NCBI GenBank assembly: GCA_905250045.1
Contig: CAJNOG010000282.1
Span: 54,509-61,155, forward strand
From: Adineta steineri
Lineage: Eukaryota
Length of the DNA: 6,647 nt
Direction: 5' to 3'
This document shows, piece after piece, positions 5,761-6,647 of the stretch (position 1 is the first letter of the stretch; the number at the start of each line of letters is the position of its first letter). The position numbers and the translations under genes are program-made. Under the pieces are notes generated by a model. The model was not told where the DNA came from and did not search any database. It saw only the letters and a program-made list of their open reading frames with translations.

Positions 5761-5834
5761 TATACACTTTGATACACTCTGCTTTCAAAAACATAGTGTA
5801 CAGGGACATTTTATTAGGTTAAACAAAGTGTATA
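5761..5834. repeat. Perfect 11-bp inverted repeat TATACACTTTG ... CAAAGTGTATA with a 52-bp spacer; related to sequence at 5336-5380
   Basis: The arms are 5761-5771 and 5824-5834. ATACACTCTGC occurs directly at both 5347-5357 and 5772-5782. ACACTTTGTTT at 5369-5379 is the reverse complement of 5821-5831. Confidence 0.6.
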
Positions 5835-6388
5835 GAAACATTTTTCTTTTAAGTTCTATTCGACATCCTGTTCACGACTGCTATTTTTGTTTCATTTGTT
5901 ACTAAATAAACACTCAAATGATTTTCCGTTAATGTAAAAAAAATGAATATAAATACTCTCTGTTTAGTTTTAATGATCCTTTAGAATAAAATTAAAATAA
6001 TGGTTAGTCCTATCTGGCAGATATGATTATATGATACTATCATTTTCTTTCAAAAACAACGATGTTCATTACAATAGAAATTTTATATCTTTCATAAATA
6101 ATAACAATACTTTTGATCATATCATGTATGCGTTAATATTAAGAATCTTTTCAAGATCAATAGAGCAAAAGGAAATGGTAAACTATTTGCGAATAGCATC
6201 AAGAAGAATTTCCTTAGGTGTAATAGATAAACTTTAGGGAGGAAAATCCAGCCTTACTGTCTTATAAAAATAACAACACTTTAAAAGAAAATAAATTATT
6301 CACTACTAATTTTCTCTTACAAGTATCATTTGAGTTCAATAATAGCATAAGAATCTGAAGCGAAATTAAATCTATATATTTTCCCCAT

Positions 6389-6398
6389 TTTATTTATT
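6389..6398 (-). terminator. Candidate poly(A) signal(s), AATAAATAAA, for the gene ending at 6470
   Basis: The plus strand reads TTTATTTATT, giving two overlapping AATAAA hexamers on the minus strand about 72-80 nt downstream of the stop codon. AATAAA is frequent by chance in DNA this AT-rich. Confidence 0.2.
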
Positions 6399-6469
6399 CT
6401 TTATAAAATTCGATTTAGCACATCTTTTATACAGTAAATATTTGAGCAATAGTAATTATTATTAAACCA

Positions 6470-6646
6470 TTATGCTTGAGTATATTTGAAATCGTGAATA
6501 ACTATTTCCACCTCTTGACCATCAGTAGGTGGTTTGCCTTGAAAAGCCCATAAATTCATATGAAGAGGAGCACTAATATGAGGCATAGCTGATGTGAATG
6601 CTATTGGTGTTGTGTACGAATAGAATATATTTTCATGTGATGAATT
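6470..6646 (-). CDS. C-terminal coding exon (partial, runs off the right edge) of an unidentified protein; tail pattern reminiscent of ConA-like / GH16-type beta-sandwich glucanases
   Basis: Own translation: NSSHENIFYSYTTPIAFTSAMPHISAPLHMNLWAFQGKPPTDGQEVEIVIHDFKYTQA*, with the TAA stop at 6472-6470. It is absent from the ORF track because there is no upstream start in the window and the M-initiated part is shorter than 60 aa. It is non-low-complexity and GC-richer than the adjacent 3' flank. P-x-H-M-N-L-W-x-x-x-G followed by V-E-I-V-I-H-D-F-K-Y-T-Q resembles the P.y[lm].N[lv]a.GG ... m.[vi]DYVRVYQ ending of GH16-like proteins, by eye only. A possible internal acceptor (CCAATAG|) lies at about 6600. 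Confidence 0.45.
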   Translation of the reverse strand, partial: NSSHENIFYSYTTPIAFTSAMPHISAPLHMNLWAFQGKPPTDGQEVEIVIHDFKYTQA

Positions 6647-6647
6647 C

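Noticed and set aside
372-6237. Supplied ORFs 372-557(+), 1904-2107(+), 3462-3662(+), 5660-5905(+) and 6031-6237(+).
   Set aside because: Four of the five start at TTG or GTG. All are low-complexity AT-rich translations without splice-signal support or domain-like patterns. ORF 1904-2107 merely overlaps the antisense 3' end of the better minus-strand ORF.
6642-6647. The window ends exactly on GAATTC (EcoRI), suggesting a clone boundary.
   Set aside because: Internal GAATTC sites also occur (for example 208-213), so this carries no biological meaning and says nothing firm about provenance.
1-6647. A scan for tRNA, rRNA and snRNA genes (T-loop GGTTCGA-type motifs, cloverleaf-sized GC-rich segments).
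   Set aside because: The few TTCGAA occurrences (27-32, 211-216, 1730-1735, 3473-3478) lack flanking acceptor or anticodon stem complementarity. No structured-RNA gene could be supported by eye.

Overview
This AT-rich, ORF-poor window reads as eukaryotic nuclear DNA, probably an invertebrate-type metazoan or a similarly AT-rich eukaryote. The organism cannot be determined from the sequence alone. It is not a prokaryotic locus: there are no long ORFs, GTAAGT and polypyrimidine-AG splice-like signals are present, and decayed transposon coding remnants are present. Eight of the 12 supplied ORFs start at TTG or GTG rather than ATG (only 2315, 4159, 4936 and 6031 are ATG). Their leading 'M' is therefore an artefact of a bacterial start-codon rule.

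All credible coding or formerly coding signal is on the minus strand:
- a C-terminal exon with stop codon at the right edge (6470-6646);
- an intact 83-codon Cys/His-rich ORF on a local GC-richer island (2064-2315);
- a reverse-transcriptase-like pseudogene (2744-3191), with weaker RT-like pieces up to 4159;
- a 142-codon frame broken by only two TAG codons (1435-1860);
- a Tudor-like open frame (650-907);
- a short exon with a perfect splice donor (24-110).

Non-coding structure:
- a 204-bp piggyBac-type MITE with a TTAA target-site duplication (1231-1434);
- a recurrent GGGTGTGGGTG / CACCCACACCC motif family, two copies of which form hairpin-capable palindromes (892-946, 3791-3866);
- a 10/20-bp phased minisatellite (967-1102).

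I found no rRNA, tRNA, CRISPR array, operon or defence-system-like architecture. Nothing here can be defended as a new 'system'. The least ordinary items are the GT-rich palindrome family, the phased minisatellite beside it, and the small intact Cys/His-rich ORF. All protein-family calls were made by eye without database searches and are low confidence.
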